DNA of 64,000 bases, taken from positions 140,110-204,109 of the forward strand of contig JAHQWG010000012.1 of assembly GCA_029856045.1 (NCBI GenBank). Direction: 5' to 3'. Source of the stretch: Promethearchaeia archaeon. Its GTDB lineage: Archaea > Asgardarchaeota > Lokiarchaeia > Sigyniarchaeales > SOKP01. The stretch's first letter is position 1; each line of letters opens with the position of its first letter. This document shows positions 52,010-61,191 of the stretch, one piece after another. The position numbers and the translations under genes are program-made. The notes under the pieces are model-generated. The model was given only the letters and a program-made list of their open reading frames with translations. It was not told where the DNA came from and made no database searches.

Positions 52010-53866
52010 ATGTTAGAACGACAAAGACAAACACAACTTTGTCCATCGTGTCAGAGAAGCATGCATTTAAATTATTATTGTGAAAGTTGTCATTCTAGTT
52101 TTTGCTCTGACTGCATTAAAGAAAAACAAACTGAATTTTTAATCTGTAGTAATTGTGGGTCTGAAAATATAAGTAGAAATAAGGAAGGTATATTAAAATG
52201 TGATAGCTGCTTTAGTCAAAATACTACTAAGGTTTATAAGAATATAAAAATATGTCCTAAATGTAATTCTTCCCTTATTGTGAAAGTATTTGAGAAAAAG
52301 AAGCAGATAAATGAAAAATATATTCAATTAATTAGAAACACAAGAGCCTTTATTATTCCTTTTAGAGAGATAATAAATAATCTAAGCTTACTACGAAATA
52401 AGCTAAAAAAAGTTAGAGAGCCACCCTTTAAATGTTATCATTTCCCTTCTTTAGAAGCAGAATTAATTACAATATACAGACTTTTTATCCATGTGAAAAA
52501 AGAAGTTTATGAGAATGTACGAAGAGAATACGACCATATTTTTATGAATAGGGATTATTTCATTGACATATCCACGCAACCTAATACAAACATTCCTATC
52601 ATCATTGGAATCTTGGAAAATCTTAATCATGAGCATAAATCTCTTTCTATTTTTATTGAGAATAATCTTAAAAAAATCAGTGATAAAATCCAAGAAATTG
52701 ATGCTAAAATAAAATTCCTTGAAGATATTCAAAACAATTTTCAAAAATTTAATGAAATAATTGAATTTACAAGAGATGAGAAAGCATTATATGCGTTGCG
52801 GTGTAAACTGGCAAAGGGATTTAATCCTTTAAATGAATATTCGAATGAAAGGGGGACTCTATTAATTTCAAATCTCTACATTTATTTTATTCATGAATAT
52901 GGAATAATAAAAAAAAAAGCAGAATTCATCTTTAAAATTCCTCATGAAGAATTTAAACGCATACATGTTACAGGGACAGTAAGAAAAAAGTTATATATGG
53001 AATTTGTATATGGGAAATATTACTTTTCAATAAATTCATCAAAAAGAAAAAATGTGATTGATTATATAGAGAATGCAAGAGTTTTTGATGAAAATCAAAG
53101 ACATGATATTGATTCCTCAAAATCTCTAATGATGTTTAAATTAGATGCAAAAGATTTAATTGATTTCATCGAAATGAACATTTCATATCTGTTAAATCTA
53201 AAAAGCAATAAAAATCCAGATTATTTACCGAATTATCAGAAGAATTATGGTGAAAATTATAATTACAATCATCCGAGACAAAATTATAATAACCCCTATA
53301 GTAATAATTTTCAGGGAAATCAATTTGCACAGCCAAATAGAAATTATCTAAATCAAAATGATGTCTATTTTAATGAAAACAACATTTTAATGAGAAAATT
53401 AGAGAACTCTCAAGGACCATATATTCCTCAATATCCACCAAATATCAACCCTAATAACTTTATCGATCAAAATACAGCTACTGCATACCCTAATCAAGTT
53501 CAAAAAAATTATTTCAACCCTGAATTTAATAACAGGGACTTAATGAACCCAAATAATCTAAATCAACGATTTTTAAATCGGGGACAAGCATATTTAAATC
53601 AGCGAGGGTACCAGGAAGATAATACACACTCATATTTTGATAAAAAAACCCACCTTTTAGAACTTGAGAAAGAAGAATTCAGTTTGAGTCAGACTCTTAA
53701 ACATCTAGAGAGGAAGTTTCAGAAATCAGAGATCTCAGAAGTGGATTATTTTAGAACTTATAGAACTTATCAACAAGAACTTTTTGTAATAGAGAGAAAA
53801 ATTCAAGATTTGAAGATGGAAATTGATGAAGAAGATGCCTTAAAAAAGTATTCTTCAGATTTTTAA
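52010..53866 (+). CDS. Multidomain protein: Zn fingers, coiled coil, PH-like domain, N/Q/P-rich region, C-terminal steadiness box (ESCRT-I Vps23-core-like)
   Basis: Six CxxC pairs; GTLLISNLYIYFI..FKIP (PH/GRAM-like); low-complexity linker; SLSQTLKHLERKFQKSEISEVDYFRTYRTYQQELF. Confidence 0.7.
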   Translation: MLERQRQTQLCPSCQRSMHLNYYCESCHSSFCSDCIKEKQTEFLICSNCGSENISRNKEGILKCDSCFSQNTTKVYKNIKICPKCNSSLIVKVFEKKKQINEKYIQLIRNTRAFIIPFREIINNLSLLRNKLKKVREPPFKCYHFPSLEAELITIYRLFIHVKKEVYENVRREYDHIFMNRDYFIDISTQPNTNIPIIIGILENLNHEHKSLSIFIENNLKKISDKIQEIDAKIKFLEDIQNNFQKFNEIIEFTRDEKALYALRCKLAKGFNPLNEYSNERGTLLISNLYIYFIHEYGIIKKKAEFIFKIPHEEFKRIHVTGTVRKKLYMEFVYGKYYFSINSSKRKNVIDYIENARVFDENQRHDIDSSKSLMMFKLDAKDLIDFIEMNISYLLNLKSNKNPDYLPNYQKNYGENYNYNHPRQNYNNPYSNNFQGNQFAQPNRNYLNQNDVYFNENNILMRKLENSQGPYIPQYPPNINPNNFIDQNTATAYPNQVQKNYFNPEFNNRDLMNPNNLNQRFLNRGQAYLNQRGYQEDNTHSYFDKKTHLLELEKEEFSLSQTLKHLERKFQKSEISEVDYFRTYRTYQQELFVIERKIQDLKMEIDEEDALKKYSSDF

Positions 53867-53960
53867 TTTAAATATTTTTTTCTTCTTCTCAAAAAGAGTA
53901 ATGTAATTATCCAGTTAAAAGAAGAAATCGATTTAATAGAGAAACAAAAATTTATTAATT

Positions 53961-54599
53961 TTATTCTTCTAATTCTTTTTTAAGTTTATCTATTTCGTCC
54001 TTTAACTTTTCTTTGGTTTCCATTTCAGGAATTTCATCTATGATAAATTCCTCTTCAACTGGAGTCTCTGGAATCTCACCAGCTGCTTCAAGTAAAACCT
54101 CAGATTCTAATTTTTCAAACTCATCATCGATGTCGATTCCTTGATCGATTTCTGGATCTCCCGCTAAAATTTCACCTGATTCCTCAATCATTGCAATGTA
54201 TTCCTCGCTTTCCTCACTAAGTGTAGCAACTTTTTCTGGACTTGCACTTACTGCTAAGTCTTTTAATGCAGCCGTTGAGGCAGCTAAAGTTGATTCTAAA
54301 CCCTTGATAAGTCTGCCTTCCTCGATTGCATCAATATATCTCTCAAGTTTGGAAGATAAATTGGTATTTCTATTAATTTTATTCCTATAGGATTTCCATT
54401 GGACTAGATAATTCTTAGATCTTTCCTTATTTCCATTTTTTAAGGATATTTTAGCATTTTTTCGGTATAATTCAGCTTTTTGATTTAATGCTTTAGATTT
54501 GAGTTTCAATTGATGAATTTGCTTCTTAATGTTCACTATTGTTTTATCTTTCTCTTTTCCTTTCCCCTTTTTTGGAAATAATTTGTTTTTTAGTCCCAT
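53961..54599 (-). CDS. ESCRT-III Snf7-family protein (Vps20/32/60-like)
   Basis: Basic N-terminal helical hairpin (AKISLKNGNKERSKNYL), acidic C-terminus DIDDEFEKLE, MIM2-like IPETP; ATG at 54599. Confidence 0.88.
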   Translation of the reverse strand: MGLKNKLFPKKGKGKEKDKTIVNIKKQIHQLKLKSKALNQKAELYRKNAKISLKNGNKERSKNYLVQWKSYRNKINRNTNLSSKLERYIDAIEEGRLIKGLESTLAASTAALKDLAVSASPEKVATLSEESEEYIAMIEESGEILAGDPEIDQGIDIDDEFEKLESEVLLEAAGEIPETPVEEEFIIDEIPEMETKEKLKDEIDKLKKELEE

Positions 54600-54762
54600 C
54601 TTTCTGTTTTCCCATTTCAAAATATTTTTATTATGTAATATAAATACTAGTGTTGTTTTTTAAACTTTAATTAATCCAAAAAACATCATCAAATAAAAAA
54701 GATTTTAAATCGCATAAAAAATTATAAAATCAAAAATAAAATTGGTAAGATTATAGGCTGCA

Positions 54763-55869
54763 ATGAAAAAAATTATTTTAAACTTTGAGAAAAAATCTGA
54801 AAATTTTAATGAGTTAGTTCAGTCTGCATTTAATTATAATATATTGGATATTATGATTTCAGAAGAGACATTTGAAGATTTTAAGAATATTAAGAGATTA
54901 AACACATATTCAAATAATGCCAAACTTGTTCCAGATAATTTAATTTTAAAAGAAGATAGTAAATTAGGTGAATTAATCAATCAAGATAAAAACGTTGGAG
55001 TTTTCTTGGAATTAAAAACAAAAGATGATGAGTTCAAAGTTGTTGATTTAGCTAAAAAGGGTTTGAATTTTATAATTGTTCAAGCTAAAGACTGGAAAAT
55101 CATCCCTTTTGAAAACCTAATTGCAAAACTTCACTCAATTGATACTGAATTAATTGCACAGGTTGATACCATAAAAGAAGCAGAGTTGATGTTTAAAACT
55201 CTTGAGATTGGTGTCGCTGGAGTCGTTTTTACGCCTAAAAATTCAGATGAGATCTTATCCTTGAAAAGATTGATTCAAACATCTACTCAAATTGAAATTA
55301 CAAAAGCAAAAATCTTAAACATTAAAGAAATTCCAGATGGTAGTAGGGTTTGTGTAGACACAACAACTTTATTACACTCTGGAGAGGGGATGCTAGTGGG
55401 TAGTACTGCTAAGGGGTTTGTGCTTGTACATGCTGAAGTATTCGAGACTCAATTTGTAGCATCGAGACCCTTTCGTGTTAACGCGGGAGATGTAAGCGCC
55501 TATATTCTAGTGCCTAACGATGATCCAGAAGATCCTAATCCATATAAAACAAAATATCTTAGTGAATTAAAAGCGGGAAATAAAGTTTTCGTGTCTGATT
55601 TAAATGGAAACACTAGAATTGTTTCTGTAGGCAGAGTAAAAATTGAAGTAAGACCTATGTTGTTATTCAATTTAGAAGCAGAAGTGAAAGGTCAAAAAAT
55701 ACCGATTAATTCTATATTACAAAACGCAGAAACCATTAGACTAGTCGACGGAGATGGAAAAGCGGTATCCGTAGTTAACTTGAAAAAAGGAGATGATGTC
55801 TTGGTTCATATTGGGCCAGGAGCAACACATTTTGGAATTAAAATCAAGGAAGCAATTATTGAAAAATAA
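54763..55869 (+). CDS. aroB': 3-dehydroquinate synthase II
   Basis: DWKIIPFENLIA, RVCVDT, GEGMLVGS, SRPFRVNAG, YLSEL, GRVKIE, LQNAETIRL, HFG. Confidence 0.95.
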   Translation: MKKIILNFEKKSENFNELVQSAFNYNILDIMISEETFEDFKNIKRLNTYSNNAKLVPDNLILKEDSKLGELINQDKNVGVFLELKTKDDEFKVVDLAKKGLNFIIVQAKDWKIIPFENLIAKLHSIDTELIAQVDTIKEAELMFKTLEIGVAGVVFTPKNSDEILSLKRLIQTSTQIEITKAKILNIKEIPDGSRVCVDTTTLLHSGEGMLVGSTAKGFVLVHAEVFETQFVASRPFRVNAGDVSAYILVPNDDPEDPNPYKTKYLSELKAGNKVFVSDLNGNTRIVSVGRVKIEVRPMLLFNLEAEVKGQKIPINSILQNAETIRLVDGDGKAVSVVNLKKGDDVLVHIGPGATHFGIKIKEAIIEK

Positions 55870-55901
55870 GATTTATAAAGAAATATTTTAACTTCTGTTT
55901 T

Positions 55902-56330
55902 TTAGAGTGCTCCAGCTATTGCTTCAGCAAAAATTGATTTTCTTATAATATTGAGTATTGGTTCTGTCAAGATTTGAAATTCATTAAGATTCATGCCATT
56001 CCATTCGGTAAAGAGTGTTTCATATTCAAAAATTATTGTTTCTATTTTTGGAAGTATTTCATTTACCATTTTATAATGTTCCGGCTCTGGGTCAAAGAGG
56101 ATTACTAAATCAATATTTAATTTTGCTATAGTAAAGATTTTTATTATCAAATTATCAAACTTAATCATATTGATATTTTTTGGTTGATTTTTTAAGATAT
56201 CTGCGCCAAAACTTTTAAGAGCAGAAATGAATCCCGTAAATAGTGAATCCTCACCAATTATCTCTTTAAAAACAATATCTAAAATTAATTTACCGGAATT
56301 AGTTTCATATAAAATAATGTGATATATCAC
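55902..56330 (-). CDS. Longin-like domain protein
   Basis: IYHIILYETNSGKLI...LFTGFISALKSF beta-beta-alpha-beta pattern; GTG at 56330 is the likely start. Confidence 0.7.
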   Translation of the reverse strand: MIYHIILYETNSGKLILDIVFKEIIGEDSLFTGFISALKSFGADILKNQPKNINMIKFDNLIIKIFTIAKLNIDLVILFDPEPEHYKMVNEILPKIETIIFEYETLFTEWNGMNLNEFQILTEPILNIIRKSIFAEAIAGAL

Positions 56331-56409
56331 ATAGAAAATATATAACAAAAAAAATATAATTTTGTATCATACCCATATAACATACAAAAAAAAAAAAAAA
56401 AGATATAAA

Positions 56410-57627
56410 ATGACTAATTATTTTGCTCATTTAATTCATGCCTACCAACCTCCTAATCAGGACATCAAGGTCTTAAAAAAAATAAATGATGAGTGTTATC
56501 AGCCTTTATTTAGAATAATACAACAATTCGAAAATGCAAAATTTTGCTTAAATATAAATGGAGTTCTTGTTGATATGCTTTATGAGTTCGGGTTAGGAGA
56601 TACAATGGATTTAATAAAGGATCTTGTTAAACAAAAAAAAATTGAAATCGTTGGTACTGGGAAATTTCATCCAATACTTCCACTGATTCCCAAAGAGGAA
56701 GCTAAACGCCAAATACATCTAAATGAAGAAGTGAATAGAAGAGAGTTTGGAAATAACTGGAATAAATGTGGTTTTTTCCCTCCAGAAATGGCAATTTCTC
56801 CAGCAATTGTTGATTTGGTGAGAGAATTAGGATATGAATGGATAATTATGAGTGGTATTGCCTGTCCCAAAAGCTGGCCATATGATAAAATATATCAATC
56901 AAAGAATGGTTTATTATTGTTTTTCAGAGATGATATACTTAGTAATAAGATTTCTTTTAAAAATATTACTATTAAAGAGTTTATAGACCACTTAAATAAC
57001 CTATATAAATCAGATAACTATATTATAATTTCTCAAGATGTTGAAACATATGGACATCATCATAAACATTATGAAAAAAAGTTTTTAGGAAAAGTATTAT
57101 CAAAATTAGAAAAGGAGAGTGAAATATGTACTTGTTTTATTTCGGAACTTAAAAATTATTTTCCTATTGAAAAAAAGGGGTTGATACCAAAGGAATCAAG
57201 TTGGAGCACAACTGTACAGGATTTAAAGCAAAATATCCCTTTTCCACTCTGGAAACATCCTAAAAATGAAGTCCATAAGTTTTATTGGAAAATATTAAAA
57301 AGTTTAAATAAACTTATGGAATTATTAGAGGGAATAGATAAATCAGAGAATTGGGAAGTAGAACAATACAGTAATACAGCCCGGTGGTTTTACGACAGGA
57401 GTTTACATTCATGTCCAACCTGGTGGGCTAATTATCAAAGAGGGATTTGGAATCCAAATTTGATTTATAAAGGTATGGAGTTATTAATTAGAACAGCTTT
57501 AAATTCAAGATTAGCATTAATAAAAAGTGGTAAGGAAAATGGTTCTAAGGGAGAGCAATATTTCGACTCAATTTTATATTATCATGGGCTACTTTTGATG
57601 GAGATTATGAATTTGAACACATCCTAA
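56410..57627 (+). CDS. Glycoside hydrolase family 57 protein
   Basis: HAYQP, CYQP, HPILPLI, GFFPPEMA, DVETYGHH, SSW; ATG at 56410. Confidence 0.92.
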   Translation: MTNYFAHLIHAYQPPNQDIKVLKKINDECYQPLFRIIQQFENAKFCLNINGVLVDMLYEFGLGDTMDLIKDLVKQKKIEIVGTGKFHPILPLIPKEEAKRQIHLNEEVNRREFGNNWNKCGFFPPEMAISPAIVDLVRELGYEWIIMSGIACPKSWPYDKIYQSKNGLLLFFRDDILSNKISFKNITIKEFIDHLNNLYKSDNYIIISQDVETYGHHHKHYEKKFLGKVLSKLEKESEICTCFISELKNYFPIEKKGLIPKESSWSTTVQDLKQNIPFPLWKHPKNEVHKFYWKILKSLNKLMELLEGIDKSENWEVEQYSNTARWFYDRSLHSCPTWWANYQRGIWNPNLIYKGMELLIRTALNSRLALIKSGKENGSKGEQYFDSILYYHGLLLMEIMNLNTS

Positions 57628-57669
57628 AAATGAAATACATTACAAGTGGTTTATAGAGAATAACTTATA

Positions 57670-58053
57670 TTATTGGTTCTCTCTTTTTTTAAGAACTTCT
57701 TCGATTTTTTCACATGTTCTTTTACATTCTAAAAAGATTAACCCTCGTGTAATGTTTGGGTTGGTAGAGATTATAAGCGCTGCATTTTTTCCCGCGTTAC
57801 GCGTAATAATAAACCCATCCTCGCCTTCTATAAAAGTCACCTCTAATTCACCCATATTCCTTTCTTGCACTGCAACCTCTCCGAGTGAAAGGATTGCCGC
57901 TGTCATCGCAGAGATCTTGGCATCATCTATACCTGCTGGCAAAGCGCTCACTATTGGGAACCCCTCCATTGAAACTACTGCTGCGGCTTCAATTTCAGGT
58001 ATCGAAGTTATTAATTTTTTTAAGATCGACTCAAGTGTTTTTATATCAGACAA
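57670..58053 (-). CDS. Roadblock/LC7 (MglB/LAMTOR-like) domain protein
   Basis: AAAVVSMEGFPIVSAL..ISAMTAAILSLGE...IEGEDG. Confidence 0.93.
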   Translation of the reverse strand: MSDIKTLESILKKLITSIPEIEAAAVVSMEGFPIVSALPAGIDDAKISAMTAAILSLGEVAVQERNMGELEVTFIEGEDGFIITRNAGKNAALIISTNPNITRGLIFLECKRTCEKIEEVLKKRENQ

Positions 58054-58192
58054 TTTTTTTTTTCCTAGGAATATGAATATACAAATTTTATTATATTTAT
58101 TTTAATTTGTCTAAAAATAAAAAAAATGCTTGATATTTAATTATTGTGTTAAGCTTTAATTTAATATAGGAATTTTTAAGAGAAATATTACA

Positions 58193-59179
58193 ATGTCTGA
58201 AAAGAGCAAGGAAAAAAAAGAAATCTCAACTGCATCTAAAGGGAAAACCCTTGAAAGAAAATGTCCAAAATGTGGCTCAATTATTTCCTCAAAAATCCTC
58301 AAACAATGTCCTATATGTGATACGGTTTTAGAGGATTTACCAGTAGATATAATAGAGGAAAAAAAAGAGAAAGAAAAATCGTATTTAATATTCACTGGAA
58401 AAAAACTTGAGCTCTCTAATAAATTTATACTTCAAAAAGATCAATGGAAATTTCGTGAAGCAATAAATGTCTTCTTTAATAGTTTAGTTATATTCTTATT
58501 TGCAAAAATTGGTATTTTTACACTTTTTTTTGTAATTCAAGGACCTTCTATAGGTTATGAATTACCAATCACTATTGAAGCTATTACATTAAGTCAAATT
58601 CCCGGAGCATTCTTTATTATATATCCATTGTCTTATATATACTCTAAAAAACACAAAATTTCAAAACTTGGTCTAAATTATGAGAAAAAAAAAATACTTA
58701 TTGCATTATTAATTGGCATAATTGGAGCGTTTATGGTCTATATTATGGCTGAATTGTCTTTTTTTATCAATGACTTCTTTGTATCAATAGGTTGGACTGT
58801 TTTCACTCCACCAGAGAGTTTAGCTGAACAATACACAGTTATAAAGAACTCCACTCTTTTATATAAGATCTTATTATTAATTTTATTAATGCTAGATGTT
58901 CTTGGTACAGAGATAACATTCCGTGGAGTTTTACACAATGGATTAATCACAAAACTTGGTTCTCAACTAACACAAAGAATATATATTATTCTCATCGTAA
59001 GTTTAATGTATTCAGTTTTATTTTTATTTTTCACTTATGATATGGGTTTAGTTGTTATTTACTTTTTAAATAATATTATTTTAGGTTTAATTTTTGAAAT
59101 ATCCAATCGTAATCTATTTTCCACTATTTCTGCTAATGGCATTTATACATTTATAACATTTATTATGATTTTAATTTAA
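58193..59179 (+). CDS. Zinc-ribbon plus CPBP (type II CAAX protease-like) membrane protein, catalytic motifs degenerate
   Basis: CPKCG..CPICD; TEITFRG in place of EE-x2-FRG; no His in the C-terminal motifs. Confidence 0.75.
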   Translation: MSEKSKEKKEISTASKGKTLERKCPKCGSIISSKILKQCPICDTVLEDLPVDIIEEKKEKEKSYLIFTGKKLELSNKFILQKDQWKFREAINVFFNSLVIFLFAKIGIFTLFFVIQGPSIGYELPITIEAITLSQIPGAFFIIYPLSYIYSKKHKISKLGLNYEKKKILIALLIGIIGAFMVYIMAELSFFINDFFVSIGWTVFTPPESLAEQYTVIKNSTLLYKILLLILLMLDVLGTEITFRGVLHNGLITKLGSQLTQRIYIILIVSLMYSVLFLFFTYDMGLVVIYFLNNIILGLIFEISNRNLFSTISANGIYTFITFIMILI

Positions 59180-59201
59180 TTCTATTTAAACATCAAAAAA
59201 A

Positions 59202-59921
59202 ATGCGAGCAGGGAATAATAATTTCATTTTTTCAATAGCGGGAGCTCACGGAGTCGGCAAAACCACTATATTTTCTATTTTAGAAGATAAATATTCTAAA
59301 GATAATACATTCAAATTTTATCACGAGAGATATATTGTTAAAAATCCTACATATCCATTAGGCTCAATCAAAAAGGAGATTGCTTTTCGTGGAGAAATAT
59401 TCTTTCTGCAGCAATTAATAAAGCGAAATACTCGTCTTAAAAGTTATTTAAAAAAAAACAATAATAAAGTAGTAATTTTAGATCGAACTCCAATTTGTGT
59501 ATTAATATATTCCAAAGCTTTAGAGATGGTTCCCAAAGATTATAAATTAATATATGATTTGTACAAATCAATCGATTGGGTTAAAAGGGAACATATAATT
59601 TATCTTCATGCTGATGTAAATGTAATTATGAAGCGAATAATTTCAAGAGGGAGATTATCTTTTGAGGACCAAAATAAACCAGAAATACAAAGAAAAAAAT
59701 GGCATGAGAGAGATTATGATTATCTCTTAAGAGTTTTAAAATATTATGATGATTTTCTACTTGCTAATGAAAAGAAGAATAAAAATCTATCAATTATTGA
59801 TACTAATTACGTAAGCCCAAAGGATGTTGTAAAAAATATCGAAAATATAATTTCTGCAATAACAAATTACTTACCCAAGAAAAAATTTGAAAAATTTAAA
59901 GATATTAAGAATTTTTTATAA
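59202..59921 (+). CDS. Deoxynucleoside/thymidylate kinase family P-loop kinase
   Basis: GAHGVGKTT, ILDRTP, IYLHAD, RIISRGR. Confidence 0.82.
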   Translation: MRAGNNNFIFSIAGAHGVGKTTIFSILEDKYSKDNTFKFYHERYIVKNPTYPLGSIKKEIAFRGEIFFLQQLIKRNTRLKSYLKKNNNKVVILDRTPICVLIYSKALEMVPKDYKLIYDLYKSIDWVKREHIIYLHADVNVIMKRIISRGRLSFEDQNKPEIQRKKWHERDYDYLLRVLKYYDDFLLANEKKNKNLSIIDTNYVSPKDVVKNIENIISAITNYLPKKKFEKFKDIKNFL

Positions 59922-60064
59922 AAAATTTATCGATTTTCACTTCCTAATCTTTTAATTACATTTTTTGAGAAAATTAATAAATTTATAAAAAACAAAAATT
60001 AATTAAAATTAATTGTTATTTGTATAAATAGTAGATTTAAATTATTAATACCTTTTAGATAAGA

Positions 60065-61075
60065 ATGTCGCTTTCTCCACAAATTCAGAATAGACTCATG
60101 GAAATCCTTCAAATAGAAGAGGAGAAAACAGATCTTGAACAGTTATCTGTACTTTCACGTATTGGGATGAAAGTTGCTTCAGCAAAATCAGCTGAATTAG
60201 ATGCTGACGCAATTTCTGCTTCAAGTACAGCTTTAATTGATCTCGGAATTCGTTTAAGTCAATCTGTAGAACATGGAGCCCTAAGAGAAATCCTACTCCA
60301 CAATGAAAAAGGTTATGGTATATTAATGGCTGTAAATGATGAGTATCTCATTTTCGGAGCGTTAGCGAATGTATTAAAAATTGGCTATTATATGGGTTAT
60401 TTGAGAGAAATCGCCCGGAAAATTAATGAGTTAATCTCAGGTGGAGAACTAACGGAAATGGCAATAAACCTTCAAGAAGAAGAATTAAAGAAAATGCAAG
60501 CAGAAAAAGAAAAAATACAAGCAGAAAAGGGAGAAGGGATATTAAAACCATCTGCTAAAGAAGATCAAAAAGCAATAGAAGCGACTTTACAATTTTTAAA
60601 ATCATGGGGTGCTGAAGGAGAGGAGGAGGAGATAGTTCAAAATAATATAGTCTCCATTCCTCAGTCTATGATGATGGAGATCCCAACAGAAGGAAAAGCA
60701 ATCCCAATAACTGCTGAAGAAAAGGCAGAAGCCATCAATAAAGCACAAGAATCCGAGGAATTATATGGAATAAAAGTATATGGGGATGAAGTGCCACCAA
60801 TTCCTCTTGATGATTATACACCTATGGAAATTGAACAAGAAATTGTATCAGAAGAGATAATTCCAGAAGAAGAGCCCCTTACAGAACCAGTTCCTGAAAT
60901 TGAACAAAAGATTCCTGAAGAAAGCTTTAATTATCAGAGCTTTGAACCTCCTCAAGGTTTTAATGAATTTGATCTTGCTTCTGAGTACGATGCTGAATTT
61001 GAAATAGAAGAAAATGAGCAATTTAAAGATATTTTATCTGATCTAGGATGGCATGAAGAGGAAGAAGAAGAATAA
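60065..61075 (+). CDS. Roadblock-domain protein with long acidic C-terminal tail
   Basis: N-terminal ~125 aa roadblock pattern (VLSRIGMKVAS..ISASSTALIDLG..LLHNEKG); E/P-rich tail. Confidence 0.8.
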   Translation: MSLSPQIQNRLMEILQIEEEKTDLEQLSVLSRIGMKVASAKSAELDADAISASSTALIDLGIRLSQSVEHGALREILLHNEKGYGILMAVNDEYLIFGALANVLKIGYYMGYLREIARKINELISGGELTEMAINLQEEELKKMQAEKEKIQAEKGEGILKPSAKEDQKAIEATLQFLKSWGAEGEEEEIVQNNIVSIPQSMMMEIPTEGKAIPITAEEKAEAINKAQESEELYGIKVYGDEVPPIPLDDYTPMEIEQEIVSEEIIPEEEPLTEPVPEIEQKIPEESFNYQSFEPPQGFNEFDLASEYDAEFEIEENEQFKDILSDLGWHEEEEEE

Positions 61076-61191
61076 AATAATATTCCTCAACAAATTTAAC
61101 TTTTTTTAAAAATCCAAAATTGATAATTATTTATATAACTTAATTACTACAATATTTTATTACTTCTTAAAAAAAATTTAGGTAAAAAAAT

